The notes under the pieces were generated by a model. It made no database searches, was not told the origin of the DNA, and saw only the letters and a list, made by a program, of their open reading frames with translations. Shown one piece after another: positions 1-9,751 of a DNA stretch of 50,086 nt. The stretch is from Promethearchaeota archaeon. GTDB taxonomy: Archaea > Asgardarchaeota > Lokiarchaeia > Sigyniarchaeales > SOKP01. Both the position numbers and the translations under genes were made by a program. The stretch's first letter is position 1. Each line of letters begins with the position of its first letter. The DNA lies in assembly GCA_016930515.1 (NCBI GenBank), contig JAFGGO010000138.1, positions 1 to 50,086 of the forward strand, in the 5' to 3' direction.

Positions 1-298
1 CTATACTTCCCAGTAATGATCTCTCGAGAACATGATAATATTACTGTAAAAATGTAGGAGAGCCTGAACACAAATAATATTAGCTCCCAGATATAGTCAT
101 ACGAGTTTGTTATTAAGGAAAATATGAATGGAATGATTATAAGGCTTGATAATGCCAGAGCATCAACAATAATAAGTAAAATAATACAATAAATATCAAT
201 TGATATATAAATTGCCATATTGAATATTGAGACAGAGCGATAATTCGCATGCTTGCATTGAATGAACTTTTTCTAGTTCTTTTCTGTCTCAATTTCAT
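1..298 (-). CDS. Partial multi-pass membrane protein running off the window start
   Basis: Manual translation MKLRQKRTRKSSFNASMRIIALSQYSIWQFIYQLIFIVLFLLIIVDALALSSLIIIPFIFSL... is open to position 1 with several hydrophobic segments. An upstream ATG at 338 is one base out of frame. Confidence 0.6.
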
Positions 299-693
299 GT
301 AATCAATGAATTTTTAGTGGAATTTTGTCGTTCGTCATTCTTATTCTACCTTTAAATAATAAAAAGGTAAGATAAAAGTCTCTAATTCTCTGAACTATTA
401 TTATTACTTTTTTAAAAACTCGAAAAGTGAAAATTGAGATCGAACTTATTTTGCTTCCTATGCTTTAAGAAAAAAATATTAAATACAATGTCTTTCGAAT
501 TTAGTTTCAATCTAATTTGTTGGGAGATCAGATCTTACGGCCTAAAAATTGCAAAATCTTTATATCGATAACTTGGTTTAAGATCAATAATAACTTAATT
601 TTCAAACAATTAGTTGCTGATAAACATTATAAAAGGACCGCTCAGGACCCTAAATTAATGGATTTAAATAGAATCGAATAATGGTGAAACAAG

Positions 694-984
694 TTGGTAG
701 ATGACGACACTAAAGTGTATATTGGGAGAAAAAAAACAATGAACTACGTGATGGCGGCGATGATGAATTTAGATGCTCAAAAACCTTGCGTGATCATGGC
801 GCGAGGGCGTTCCATCTCTCGAGCGGTGGATGTTGCCGAGATACTCATCAATAAATTCGCTCAAGGAGCCTCTTACGGAGAGATCAAGATCTACACCGAG
901 GAGCTGAACAACGAGGACGGCACGAAAAGCAACGTGTCATCGATGGAAATCGAAATCATACCCCCCAAAGGGAAAAAGAAATAA
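694..984 (+). CDS. albA: DNA/RNA-binding protein Alba
   Basis: Alba motifs VYIGRKKTMNYV, ARGRSISRAVDVAE and NVSSMEI; GGTGA RBS 6 nt before a TTG start. Confidence 0.95.
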   Translation: MVDDDTKVYIGRKKTMNYVMAAMMNLDAQKPCVIMARGRSISRAVDVAEILINKFAQGASYGEIKIYTEELNNEDGTKSNVSSMEIEIIPPKGKKK

Positions 985-1243
985 TATTATTGTTGATAGG
1001 AACTTTTTCTTATATTTCAATTTTTTGATATCCCTTATTTTCTTCTTTTCCATCCTAAAAAATTCGATCCTGTGGAATAAAACCATATTTAAGTATTAAA
1101 TATTAAAAATAAAATTATTTAAAAAAGAATGAATGAAATATACTAAATTTTTCAGAGATTTTAGTCTATAATTCTTAATTCTCGAAATAGAACTACAACA
1201 AAACTTGATGCGTCTCCATTGTAAGAATGAACTCGATTTTTTT

Positions 1244-1500
1244 TTATGTTTCGATGTATTCAATCGATAATTGTTGATATGACGGAGTTGCAATAGTGAA
1301 AGAATCGTAATTATCAGCCCAAGCAACGATGTTGTAATAATCCGTTCCATTACTATCCATATAAATTACGGAAGACTCGATATAATAATACTCTGTTGAA
1401 CTTGTATAACTGGTATGGTACAAAAATGTCTCCCAAAACATACCTGATTTATAAAAGGAAACTTCATATGAACGACCCGAGTCTTATAAAATTTTATATT
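1244..1500 (-). pseudogene. C-terminal remnant of the collagen/C1q-like family (paralogue of 7894..8529)
   Basis: Reads YKIL*DSGRSYEVSFYKSGMFWE...VIYMDSNGTDYYNIVA...SYQQLSIEYIET*, aligning with YKIT...YYVSLYKSG...VLYVNASSIDYFEIRA...NFNQLAIEYLLS. In-frame stops upstream; no N-terminal anchor. Confidence 0.7.
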
Positions 1501-1618
1501 ATTTTATTAATTGGAGATGGACATGATTTCTCATTAGAAATATACAAGAGTAGTTAAAAGAATTTCAAAAAATAGCCAACTAGCGATAGGCATGTAACAA
1601 TATAAAAAAAAGAACGAA

Positions 1619-2140
1619 TTAATCGCTTGTTTTAGCCCCGCAGTAGGCACAAAATTGTGTTTCTCCGCGCTTAATTGGAGTACCGCAGTTGTGACAATAG
1701 AATGTTACTTTTTCGCCGTCGACTTTTTCCTTTACTGGAGCTTGGTTCTTGCCCGTTGATGTCGAGAAGTTTCCTCGAAGTTCTCCCCGAACCTTGAGGT
1801 CTAAAACAATCGCTTGCACGTCCTTTTGGGTGATTCCCGTGGTTGCGCTGATATTCTCAATAGAGGTTTCTGGATTGGATTCAAACTCGAATTTGACGGC
1901 TTTTCGTAACCTACTACGATTTGCGAAAGCCGCAATTTGTCCAGATAATATCGCAATGCCTATTAACGACGCTATAACGCCCCATACCCAGGAACGATCG
2001 ATAAGGCTCGATATCCCCCAATAAAGAAACAAGCTTCCAAAAATGGATGCACATATCGAGACACCATCGGTATATTGATTTTTCTTGTATTTCATGGATA
2101 AAAAATAGAATTGTAAAAATATATACTTTGAGTAGTCCAT
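1619..2140 (-). CDS. Membrane protein with PCI-like winged helix and C-terminal zinc ribbon
   Basis: Two TM helices; SIENISATTGITQKDVQAIVLDLKVRGELRGNF winged-helix pattern; CHNCG...FCAYCG. The true start may be the Met of MKYKKN. Confidence 0.7.
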   Translation of the reverse strand: MDYSKYIFLQFYFLSMKYKKNQYTDGVSICASIFGSLFLYWGISSLIDRSWVWGVIASLIGIAILSGQIAAFANRSRLRKAVKFEFESNPETSIENISATTGITQKDVQAIVLDLKVRGELRGNFSTSTGKNQAPVKEKVDGEKVTFYCHNCGTPIKRGETQFCAYCGAKTSD

Positions 2141-2270
2141 TCTTCATTCGAATATTTTTTGGCTTAATTAATAAACGACAAGAAAAAACTAAAAAATTCA
2201 AGAGTAAAAAATAAAAAAATATTGAAAATTAAATTCCCTTGTATTGCAATCGTTGCAAATCTATAATTTT

Positions 2271-2501
2271 TTAGGCAATTGCGTATTCAATTGCTAATTG
2301 ATTGTAAAAGGCATTGCCAGCTATAAAAAAACATCATCTCTAACTGAACAGGCCGTTGATCATGTCAATCCTGTTGCTTCCATCTATTCCGCCTGTTCCT
2401 AATATTTCGTAGAAAACGAACATGTACCCACTCAAACCTATGCCAGCGGCAGCTATAATAATTGCTAATATACCTAAAACTAAACCTTTATTTCCAGCCA
2501 T
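2271..2501 (-). pseudogene. Internally deleted copy of the collagen/C1q-like family
   Basis: ATG at 2501 gives MAGNKGLVLGILAIIIAAAGIGLSGYMFVFYEILGTGGIDGSNRIDMINGLFS* (stop at 2340). The same frame continues R*CFFIAGNAFYNQLAIEYAIA*, and NQLAIEY is identical to the end of 7894..8529. Confidence 0.75.
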
Positions 2502-2715
2502 TTTCAATCAATCTTTCAAAATAATTAATTTCTTTATGTGTTTACAAAATCAAATTTCTTTGATTTATGATCTTTTTGTCAAATCATTAATATAAAATCA
2601 CATGAAATAAAAGTGTAAAAATCAATAAATTATACTATTTGAGCTTATAAAGTAGATTATTTAAAAATTATTTGAAAATAATTGAATCAATAATCGTGAA
2701 TTGCATCGTTAATGT

Positions 2716-3378
2716 TTAATTTTTATAAAAATTAGCTTTTTCGAGAGTTTGTGCAACGATCACGGGATAATGTTGCGAATATTCCAATATCCGTTCTTTT
2801 GAAGCGATACTCTTGTACTTCGATGCTTCTTTCATGATTTTTCCCACGCTCACATGGTTTGAACAATATAGATAGACATAATCCAATATGGTCTTTTCCA
2901 AGTCCGAATAACGATAATTTCCGCTAGTTTTTATGCCAAAGGTTAGGAGTTCGTTGTTAAACACGAAAAAGGAGAACTTATCTCCGTCGATCGTGATGGG
3001 TTTATCCATCGAAAATCGATCGTTTATGATGTAATCGATGCTCGTGTCGTTGTCAAAAAATAATTCGTTTTTCTCAGCCGGTTCAAAACTTAAAGCAGTG
3101 TTCAAGCCGAAATACCAATTTTTTACTTTCTTTAGTGCAAGCGCCTTGGCAACGAGCTCGTATTGAGAATATTTTAGCTCTTTTTTGTTGAACTCGTCAA
3201 TGTCTTTCACATAAAACAGGTCTTTAAAAACCTCCATAATGTATCCTTGAGAGGTAAGGTATTTTACGACGTCGCCGAGGTTGTAATGCAATTTCTTGCT
3301 ATAATCCTTGATAATATCAGAATTTATCAATTCTTCCTCTTTTTTCCTTAAATCTTTTACTATACTAATCATTGACAC
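2716..3378 (-). CDS. AbiEi-like antitoxin / predicted transcriptional regulator
   Basis: N-terminal winged helix (VVKYLTSQGYIMEVFKDLFYV), WYFGLNTAL, and C-terminal YSDLEKTILDYVYL typical of AbiEi-family proteins. Confidence 0.7.
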   Translation of the reverse strand: MSMISIVKDLRKKEEELINSDIIKDYSKKLHYNLGDVVKYLTSQGYIMEVFKDLFYVKDIDEFNKKELKYSQYELVAKALALKKVKNWYFGLNTALSFEPAEKNELFFDNDTSIDYIINDRFSMDKPITIDGDKFSFFVFNNELLTFGIKTSGNYRYSDLEKTILDYVYLYCSNHVSVGKIMKEASKYKSIASKERILEYSQHYPVIVAQTLEKANFYKN

Positions 3379-3930
3379 GATAATATCCTCAAAATTGGTT
3401 AAATTTGTATTTTTGATAATTTTACTGGAAAAAAATGTTTTTGTTTTTTTCGCATAAGTGTATTATTTTAGCAACTACATGCATATTACTATCGTTCTCG
3501 CATTAAATTCACGAACCTTATTAAATAAAGAAGGATCAAAACACATAGTACCCAATATAATAAAGGCGTCGAAAACATTTAACGCTTTGTAAATTAATAA
3601 ATCGTGAGGTTATCAAAAATAAAAAAATATCGTTCTTAGGATTCGTTGCCTATTCAATAACATAAAATAATAGATACGAATCGGTCATATTTTTATCCTT
3701 TTATTATGCATCAACAAGTAAATTTATCAAATCCACAAAGAGATAATGTAAGATAAAGGTTTTATAAACTTGAATAAAGCAAGATAGTTCTCGATTAAAA
3801 CTTACTAATTTATTATTAGAAGCAAGTTATATTATGGGAGGAATAAAAAAATTTTATAGGTAATACAATCTCTTATTTAATAACCAATTAATTATATAAG
3901 AAATTTCCAGTAATTAAAAAAACCTCATTA

Positions 3931-4103
3931 TTGAACACGCACAGACTTCGAAATAATCAGCGTTGTCATTCTCAAGATAGATAATTCAATCTAGCGAGTA
4001 GCGAGGCATAATCTGTAGGTTTTTTTAATGTCGCAAGATATTCTTTAATAAATCCTGATTCCTACAATGCGAAATAACATTCCTTGAATTTGGGGATAGT
4101 TCA
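3931..4103 (+). mobile_element. Possible decayed IS200/IS605 (tnpB) 3' end remnant
   Basis: Frame from 3931 reads ...QRCHSQDR*FNLA (TnpB consensus CGxxxDRDxNAA). About 100 nt later comes TCCTTGAATTTGGGGATAGTTCA, resembling the hairpin-plus-GTTCA right end. Confidence 0.35.
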
Positions 4104-4196
4104 TTAAAATTATTTCTAAATTAGTCAATTTTTTTAGAATTTCTATTGCTTTTAATAATTTTGAAAAAGATATTTTATCAATTTAATTATGAAAAT

Positions 4197-4496
4197 TTAT
4201 AATTCATCCATCAATTTCTGTAGCTTTAACTGAACATTTTCCACTTGATTTTTTGTTGCGTTGTTGTTCGCCAGACCTCTTACGAGCCCAATAAATTCAT
4301 TTATAATAGGATGCTCGACGATCTTGCATTCCTGCGATATGGTATTCACATTAAGGATCAGTGCCGAATTAAAAACGGCACCCGTTCCTAAGATATCCCT
4401 GACGACAAGTTCGTTAGTATCGGTGTACGATAACACTAATATGTCTTCCGCAACTTGATTCCCATCGTTTTCTTTTACGATCTTGAATTCGCACAT
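4197..4496 (-). CDS. cooT: CooT-family nickel-binding CODH accessory protein
   Basis: N-terminal MCE motif, VAEDIL...LVVRDILG pattern; divergent from cdhBC. Confidence 0.75.
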   Translation of the reverse strand: MCEFKIVKENDGNQVAEDILVLSYTDTNELVVRDILGTGAVFNSALILNVNTISQECKIVEHPIINEFIGLVRGLANNNATKNQVENVQLKLQKLMDEL

Positions 4497-4644
4497 TTTT
4501 CTTCCCTTTTATTCCATTTTTTTTCTTGGTTGGTATATAAACTTCCACGCGTGCTTAAATAAAAACAATTTTTTTAAATTACGCTTAATAAGACTAAGTA
4601 TAGCAATAATTTTAAATAAAACTAATAAAGAAAAGTGATAAAGT

Positions 4645-5175
4645 ATGGCAAGACCATATCAAAAAGCGAACATCCCCGGACCAGAAATGGGAATTTCCGT
4701 GCACGATCCTCAAGTTATGGCGAAGCTTTTAAAGGACCCGAAGAAGAAAGTCCTTGTGATTGGAGCAGAATCGCTCACGTGGGAATTAAACGGGAAGAAG
4801 CTCGTAGATTATCTCATCGAAATTGCTAACAAGATCGAATGCCACATTTGTGCCACGGGACACTCGTACGGCTACTTGAAGGACAAGGTCCCAAAGGAAA
4901 AGCTTTACGACATGTCTTTAGTAAACATCACTAATCGACTGAGCGACAAGGATTGGAAGGGCTTAGACGGCAAGGGACAATACGGAATGGCGATCTTCAG
5001 CGGACATTTGGTGTTTTATTCGAGCCAAGCTTTAAGCAGGTTGAAGAACTTTACGAATTGGGTTAAAACAATTGATTTGGATAAGTACGCACACCCAAAC
5101 GCAAGGTTCAGCTTACCAAACTTAAGCGACGACGACTGGAAAGCGTTTTTAGAACAATTAATTGAATTGTTATAA
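4645..5175 (+). CDS. cdhB: CO dehydrogenase/acetyl-CoA synthase epsilon subunit
   Basis: PYQKANIPGP, DKDWKGLDGKGQY and HPNARFSLPNL motifs; adjacent to cdhC. Confidence 0.92.
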   Translation: MARPYQKANIPGPEMGISVHDPQVMAKLLKDPKKKVLVIGAESLTWELNGKKLVDYLIEIANKIECHICATGHSYGYLKDKVPKEKLYDMSLVNITNRLSDKDWKGLDGKGQYGMAIFSGHLVFYSSQALSRLKNFTNWVKTIDLDKYAHPNARFSLPNLSDDDWKAFLEQLIELL

Positions 5176-5231
5176 ATAAGGTGTTTTATTAAAATTAAAA
5201 AACGGAAAAAAAAAGTGAGTGAGTTAATAAA

Positions 5232-6641
5232 ATGAGTTTTTCAGATATGCCTGTAGATGTAGGCCCGGTCTATGAAGGAGAAAGGATCAGGGGTAATCAG
5301 ATGTTGGTGGAATTAGGCGGCCCTAAGATTGATAAAAAGTTCGAATTAGTAAGAATTAATCAAAAAGCCGTTGATGGTAAGGTGGTAATTAACGGTCCTG
5401 ACCTGAAAGACATGGAAAAAGGTAAACAATATCCGATCGGAATATTTGTCGAAGTGGCTGGAAAAGTACTCGAAGAAGACTTGGAAGCCGTGTTCGAAAG
5501 AAGAATTCACGAATTTTTAAATTATATAAACGGCGTCATGCATCTCAACCAACGCTATACCACATGGATGAGAGTTAGCCAGCAAGCATTCGAAAAGGGA
5601 TTAAACACATTCGAATTGATCGGTACGATTTTAATCAGGTTGTTTAAAGCAGAATTACCTATCGTTGAGAAAGCCCAAGTCACATTTTACACCAATGATA
5701 AAGAGATCGCGAAGCCACATGCAATGGCAATGGATGTATACAACGCTCGAGACGAGCGAGCAAGAGGCCTTCACGACGACGATGTAGACATGTTCTATGG
5801 ATGCGTGCTCTGCCAATCCTTCGCACCTACCCACGCTTGTTGCATTACTCCGGATAGAACGAGCTTGTGTGGTTCTATTAATTGGTTCGACGCTCGAGCA
5901 GCTGCTAAAGTAGATCCAAAGGGACCCATTTACGAAGTACCCCCAGGAGAATGTTACGACAAATTAGCTGGACACTATTCGGGAATCGACGAGATGATGA
6001 AAAAGCGCTCTTTAGGAGAAATAGAAAAGGTGTATTTATACAGCGGCATGGAATATCCCCATACATCGTGCGGGTGTTTCGAGGCCATTGATTTCTTGAT
6101 TCCCGAAATTGGAGGTCACGGGATTATCGATAGAAACCACGATGGCGTAGCATTAAATGGACTTCCATTCAGTGCAATGGCGAATCAAACTGGTGGAGGT
6201 AAACAAATGCCTGGTTTTAACGGTATCAGCATTCAATACATCGCAAGCCCAAAATACCAACAATATGATGGTGGTATTGAAACCATAGTCTGGATGGGGA
6301 AGAACCTCAAGGATAGAGTAAATGAATTCCTTCCCGCCGACTTGCGAGACAAGATCGCCACTGAAGAAGACGTGAGCGACATCAATGCCTTGCAGAAATG
6401 GTTAGAAGATGTTAAGCACCCGATCATTAACACTGACGCTTACAAGAACGCCGTTGGTGGTGGTGAAGAAGAGGAAGAAGAAGAGTACGAGGCCGAAGGA
6501 GCGATGGTTCCCATGGGCACGCAGTCCTTCGTGGTTCCCGGAGCTGGTGGAGCAGGCGGTTTCAAGGTTATCCTAAAGAACTGCAAGATCCACGCAGAAA
6601 GCATCATCATCAAGCGAATAGACAACAAGAAGAAGAAATAG
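5232..6641 (+). CDS. cdhC: Acetyl-CoA synthase beta subunit (archaeal ACDS)
   Basis: PVDVGPVYEGERIR, YGCVLCQSFAPTHAC, SLCG and A-cluster HTSCGCFE motifs; acidic linker and KVILKNCKIHAE tail. Confidence 0.97.
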   Translation: MSFSDMPVDVGPVYEGERIRGNQMLVELGGPKIDKKFELVRINQKAVDGKVVINGPDLKDMEKGKQYPIGIFVEVAGKVLEEDLEAVFERRIHEFLNYINGVMHLNQRYTTWMRVSQQAFEKGLNTFELIGTILIRLFKAELPIVEKAQVTFYTNDKEIAKPHAMAMDVYNARDERARGLHDDDVDMFYGCVLCQSFAPTHACCITPDRTSLCGSINWFDARAAAKVDPKGPIYEVPPGECYDKLAGHYSGIDEMMKKRSLGEIEKVYLYSGMEYPHTSCGCFEAIDFLIPEIGGHGIIDRNHDGVALNGLPFSAMANQTGGGKQMPGFNGISIQYIASPKYQQYDGGIETIVWMGKNLKDRVNEFLPADLRDKIATEEDVSDINALQKWLEDVKHPIINTDAYKNAVGGGEEEEEEEYEAEGAMVPMGTQSFVVPGAGGAGGFKVILKNCKIHAESIIIKRIDNKKKK

Positions 6642-6643
6642 GC

Positions 6644-6692
6644 TTTAATCCTTTAATTTTTTTTATTTTTTACTCTTTTATAAATTACTTTA
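6644..6692 (+). terminator. Oligo-T terminator after cdhC
   Basis: Several T-runs directly after the stop codon, in a convergent intergenic gap. Confidence 0.55.
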
Positions 6693-6746
6693 ATTAATTA
6701 TTTTAATTTAAAATCGATTCAAAAGATCGATTTGTATGGTAATCTC

Positions 6747-7409
6747 TTAGATTTTCTTAATAAAGGACAGGATTTGAGCCTTAAATTCTTCAATTTCGAT
6801 TTCTATCATCGCAATATTCGGATCTTTTCTCGTTATTACAGAAAAAACGAAATCTTCTATAATTGTCATTAATAATAAGTGAGAACTTATATCGAGAGTT
6901 AATTTTTTGAAAGAACAATTAAATAAGTTTTTCGAGACTTGCTTCGAGAGACCTATGAACGCAATTGAAACCGCGTTAATTAGTCTTTCATCCAAAGTTT
7001 CAGGCAATACAGAAACAGAAATGTAATTATTCATCTTGATTAAATTGGCACCAATAATTTCGTGATCAGAATTAACTAAACCCGTAATTTTTGCTTCGAT
7101 TTCGGAAATTATTGATTGACGGGGAGATCCAATGTTTGAATCCTTGTCAACTTCTATATCGATCTTTTGGTAGCCCCTAATTTGAAAATTCTTGTCGATA
7201 AAGGCTTGAAACATGTGTTCGCACACCTGACCAGAACGAAAGGAAATCGAGGTGAGACCGTCGCTATTAGAAACGATTTTAATTGGAATCGAAACGATTT
7301 TTTTGGTCCTACAGATCGGACAGGTAAAGGCGACATTTTTTATTTTCGATTCTTCTTTGCCTGTTTCGATCTCGCGCCCCTCGTTCGTCACCAATTGTTT
7401 TAACCCCAA
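6747..7409 (-). CDS. Zn-binding module fused to a roadblock/LC7 domain
   Basis: CPIC...CEHMFQAFIDKNFQIRGYQKID, then IIGANLIKMNNYISVSVLP...LINAVSIAFIGLS...DPNIAMIEIEI roadblock pattern. Confidence 0.75.
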   Translation of the reverse strand: MGLKQLVTNEGREIETGKEESKIKNVAFTCPICRTKKIVSIPIKIVSNSDGLTSISFRSGQVCEHMFQAFIDKNFQIRGYQKIDIEVDKDSNIGSPRQSIISEIEAKITGLVNSDHEIIGANLIKMNNYISVSVLPETLDERLINAVSIAFIGLSKQVSKNLFNCSFKKLTLDISSHLLLMTIIEDFVFSVITRKDPNIAMIEIEIEEFKAQILSFIKKI

Positions 7410-7893
7410 CTCTCATTCACTTGTTTCCCTTAGATTCAAACATTCACAATTTTGAAATTAAAGAAGTACTTAATCTGAACGGTCTGGTAATTCTTTAATT
7501 TGTCCTTTAATATTAAGGTAAAATCAACATGATATTTATAGGTAACCCCGACATTATTTTGTAAATCGAATCTTCTTTGTAAATCTGATAATATCATTCT
7601 TTTATCTAGGAATATTTTTTTTATCCCTTCGCATTGATTAACTAATATTTATTTGAACACATCTAAATCCTGAGATTCTCTCCAAATTAATATGAAATTA
7701 TCAATCTTGAATGAATCATTTTCATTGAATTTTCTTGATCATTCAAATTCATCCAAGAGCTGTTTATATTCGCAAAAATGATTTTGTTTCATATAATTCA
7801 ATAGAAAAACTGAATTTAGTAATTTAAGTTATAATTTGAACAAGAAAAAATTAAAAGAATATAAAAAAAGTGAAATTAAATGGTGATTAGGTT

Positions 7894-8529
7894 TTGGAAA
7901 GAAGTAGTAAAGTATTAACTGCAGTTATTAGTGTTTTAGCAATAACGGCAATAGTAATGAGCGGAATCACGCTTGGATCGTTATCAAACTTAAACATAGT
8001 AGGGAATGGTGGAGAAGGCGGTGCCGATGGCGTTGACGGTATTGACGGCATTGACGGAGTTAACGGTGTTAATGGACAGGACGGAACGACGCTCGTGACC
8101 CTCTGGGACGATCTTGAGAAGAACACGACAAATGGTTGGTGCAACGACGAAGACGATTTCCTCTTGCAATTCGAAGACAACTTATGGTTAGATAATGAAT
8201 ATGTCAGGATCAACTCGGCTACGAACTTTTCTCTCACGAGAGATGGTATTTACAAGATTACGCTGAAACTTTTATTAATAGAAATAGACTATAACGAATA
8301 TTATTATGTGTCTCTCTACAAATCGGGTATTCTTGATGAATATTTCTATTGTTTTCGATATATCACCGCAACAATCGAAACTAAACAAATAATTTCCGTT
8401 TTGTACGTGAACGCTAGCAGCATCGATTATTTCGAAATTAGAGCGCACTGCAGTACAACGGATATTGACGGGTTTGATCTTTCGGGCCCAAATTTTAACC
8501 AATTAGCTATCGAATACCTTTTAAGTTAA
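7894..8529 (+). CDS. Membrane-anchored collagen-like protein with C1q/BclA-like beta-sandwich C-terminus
   Basis: N-terminal TM helix; about 9 G-X-Y triplets (GNGGEGGADGVDGIDGIDGVNGVNGQDG); FSLTRDGIYKITL strand motif. Confidence 0.75.
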   Translation: MERSSKVLTAVISVLAITAIVMSGITLGSLSNLNIVGNGGEGGADGVDGIDGIDGVNGVNGQDGTTLVTLWDDLEKNTTNGWCNDEDDFLLQFEDNLWLDNEYVRINSATNFSLTRDGIYKITLKLLLIEIDYNEYYYVSLYKSGILDEYFYCFRYITATIETKQIISVLYVNASSIDYFEIRAHCSTTDIDGFDLSGPNFNQLAIEYLLS

Positions 8530-8653
8530 AGCTTTTTATTAATTTAAATAATTTTTTTTATAATTTAGGTTCTTGAGATTACGATCCTTGGAAATATTAT
8601 ACTCTAAACAACTAGTGGAAACTGTCTGAATTAATCTTCATTGCACTTTCAAA

Positions 8654-9197
8654 TTAATGAGCAAATCGGAACAATTCGTGATACCTGCGCATTCTTCGCT
8701 CGAGTTTTTTACGAGTTTTTCTTCGATACCTCCGCAAGCTCAGGAGTTCGATGTCGAGAGGGGTTCTGTGGACAATTTTTTGGAGTTCTTCTGAAAAGGG
8801 GAAGAACACGTCGATATTTCCGTTCCATTTTCCCTTCTCAAACACCTCCCTAAATTTTTCGTCGAACGCGTCGTTAATTCTATTCATGCATGACATGAGC
8901 TTCGAAATCGGGATCTTGGGCTTTTTCTGCTCCCAGAGCTACGACGAACAATACATACGGGTTGTACTTCAAGACGATTCTACGGTTCGAAAACATGATA
9001 TATTCGAGCTTGTCTTTAAAGGCGTCTTGAATGAACGAGACGATGGCCGACAATAGCCCAGATACTAAATCCTTGGATATGCCTTCCTTCTTGAAATCTA
9101 CATAGATCTCTTCAAAAATGCAGACACCGCTGTGATTTTTGAGGATCCAAATTCCATCAATTACGAATTCCTCTAATTGAGCCATTTGTTCGGTCAT
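8654..9197 (-). pseudogene. Longin-like domain protein split by a single-base frameshift (or sequencing error)
   Basis: ORFs 8880..9197 and 8654..8896 join into one 180-aa protein if one base is removed from the A5 run at 8922-8926. Longin pattern GIWILKNHSGVCIF...LVSGLLSAIVSF...INDAFDEKF...F. Confidence 0.7.
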
Positions 9198-9368
9198 TAC
9201 ATTTCCTAGTATACTTTTTAGATGCTATATCATTGTGAAATAAACACGGATTTTAATAATTAAGCATTAAATCTTTATAAGAAAATAACAAAAATAGAAT
9301 TTTAATTATAAAATCAATTTTAAGTTAATTTTTCTAAACGAAATTTGGTTTTTTCATTCTGATTTTTT

Positions 9369-9662
9369 CTAACTTTGTTCGTGTATTATTAGCTTGTTAA
9401 TTTGGTAAATATATAGTTGGTAATTTTCCGTATTGTGTAATTTCTTTAATAGCCTGTCGATTTGTCTTTGAGCTAAAGGTCTAAGTTTATTATAATTGTA
9501 TTCAATAACTTTATCGATGGGTATTTTTCTTTTTTTCTGATCTTTTTTATTACAATTGGTTTTAGATTTCTTTACTATTTTCTCTTGATATTTCAAGTGA
9601 TCCTTGTAAATTTTCCCACGGATATGATTTTTTTTACATTTACTACAATAATATTTTGACAA
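9369..9662 (-). CDS. Small basic protein with N-terminal Cys/His zinc-binding motif
   Basis: YYCSKCKKNH...YKDH; GGTGA RBS before TTG. Confidence 0.65.
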   Translation of the reverse strand: MSKYYCSKCKKNHIRGKIYKDHLKYQEKIVKKSKTNCNKKDQKKRKIPIDKVIEYNYNKLRPLAQRQIDRLLKKLHNTENYQLYIYQINKLIIHEQS

Positions 9663-9751
9663 TTAATATCACCCTAAAAATTTATTTTTCATTGATTAAT
9701 TTGAATTTTCAATTTTTTTTTTAATAATTTCATCAATAAAATTGAAAATAA

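Noticed and set aside
1096-1350. 84-aa minus-strand ORF
   Set aside because: It overlaps the collagen-family remnant in another frame and has low-complexity, AT-driven composition.
8010-8085. 9-bp periodic repeats as a possible CRISPR or VNTR
   Set aside because: They encode G-X-Y collagen triplets and have no unique spacers.
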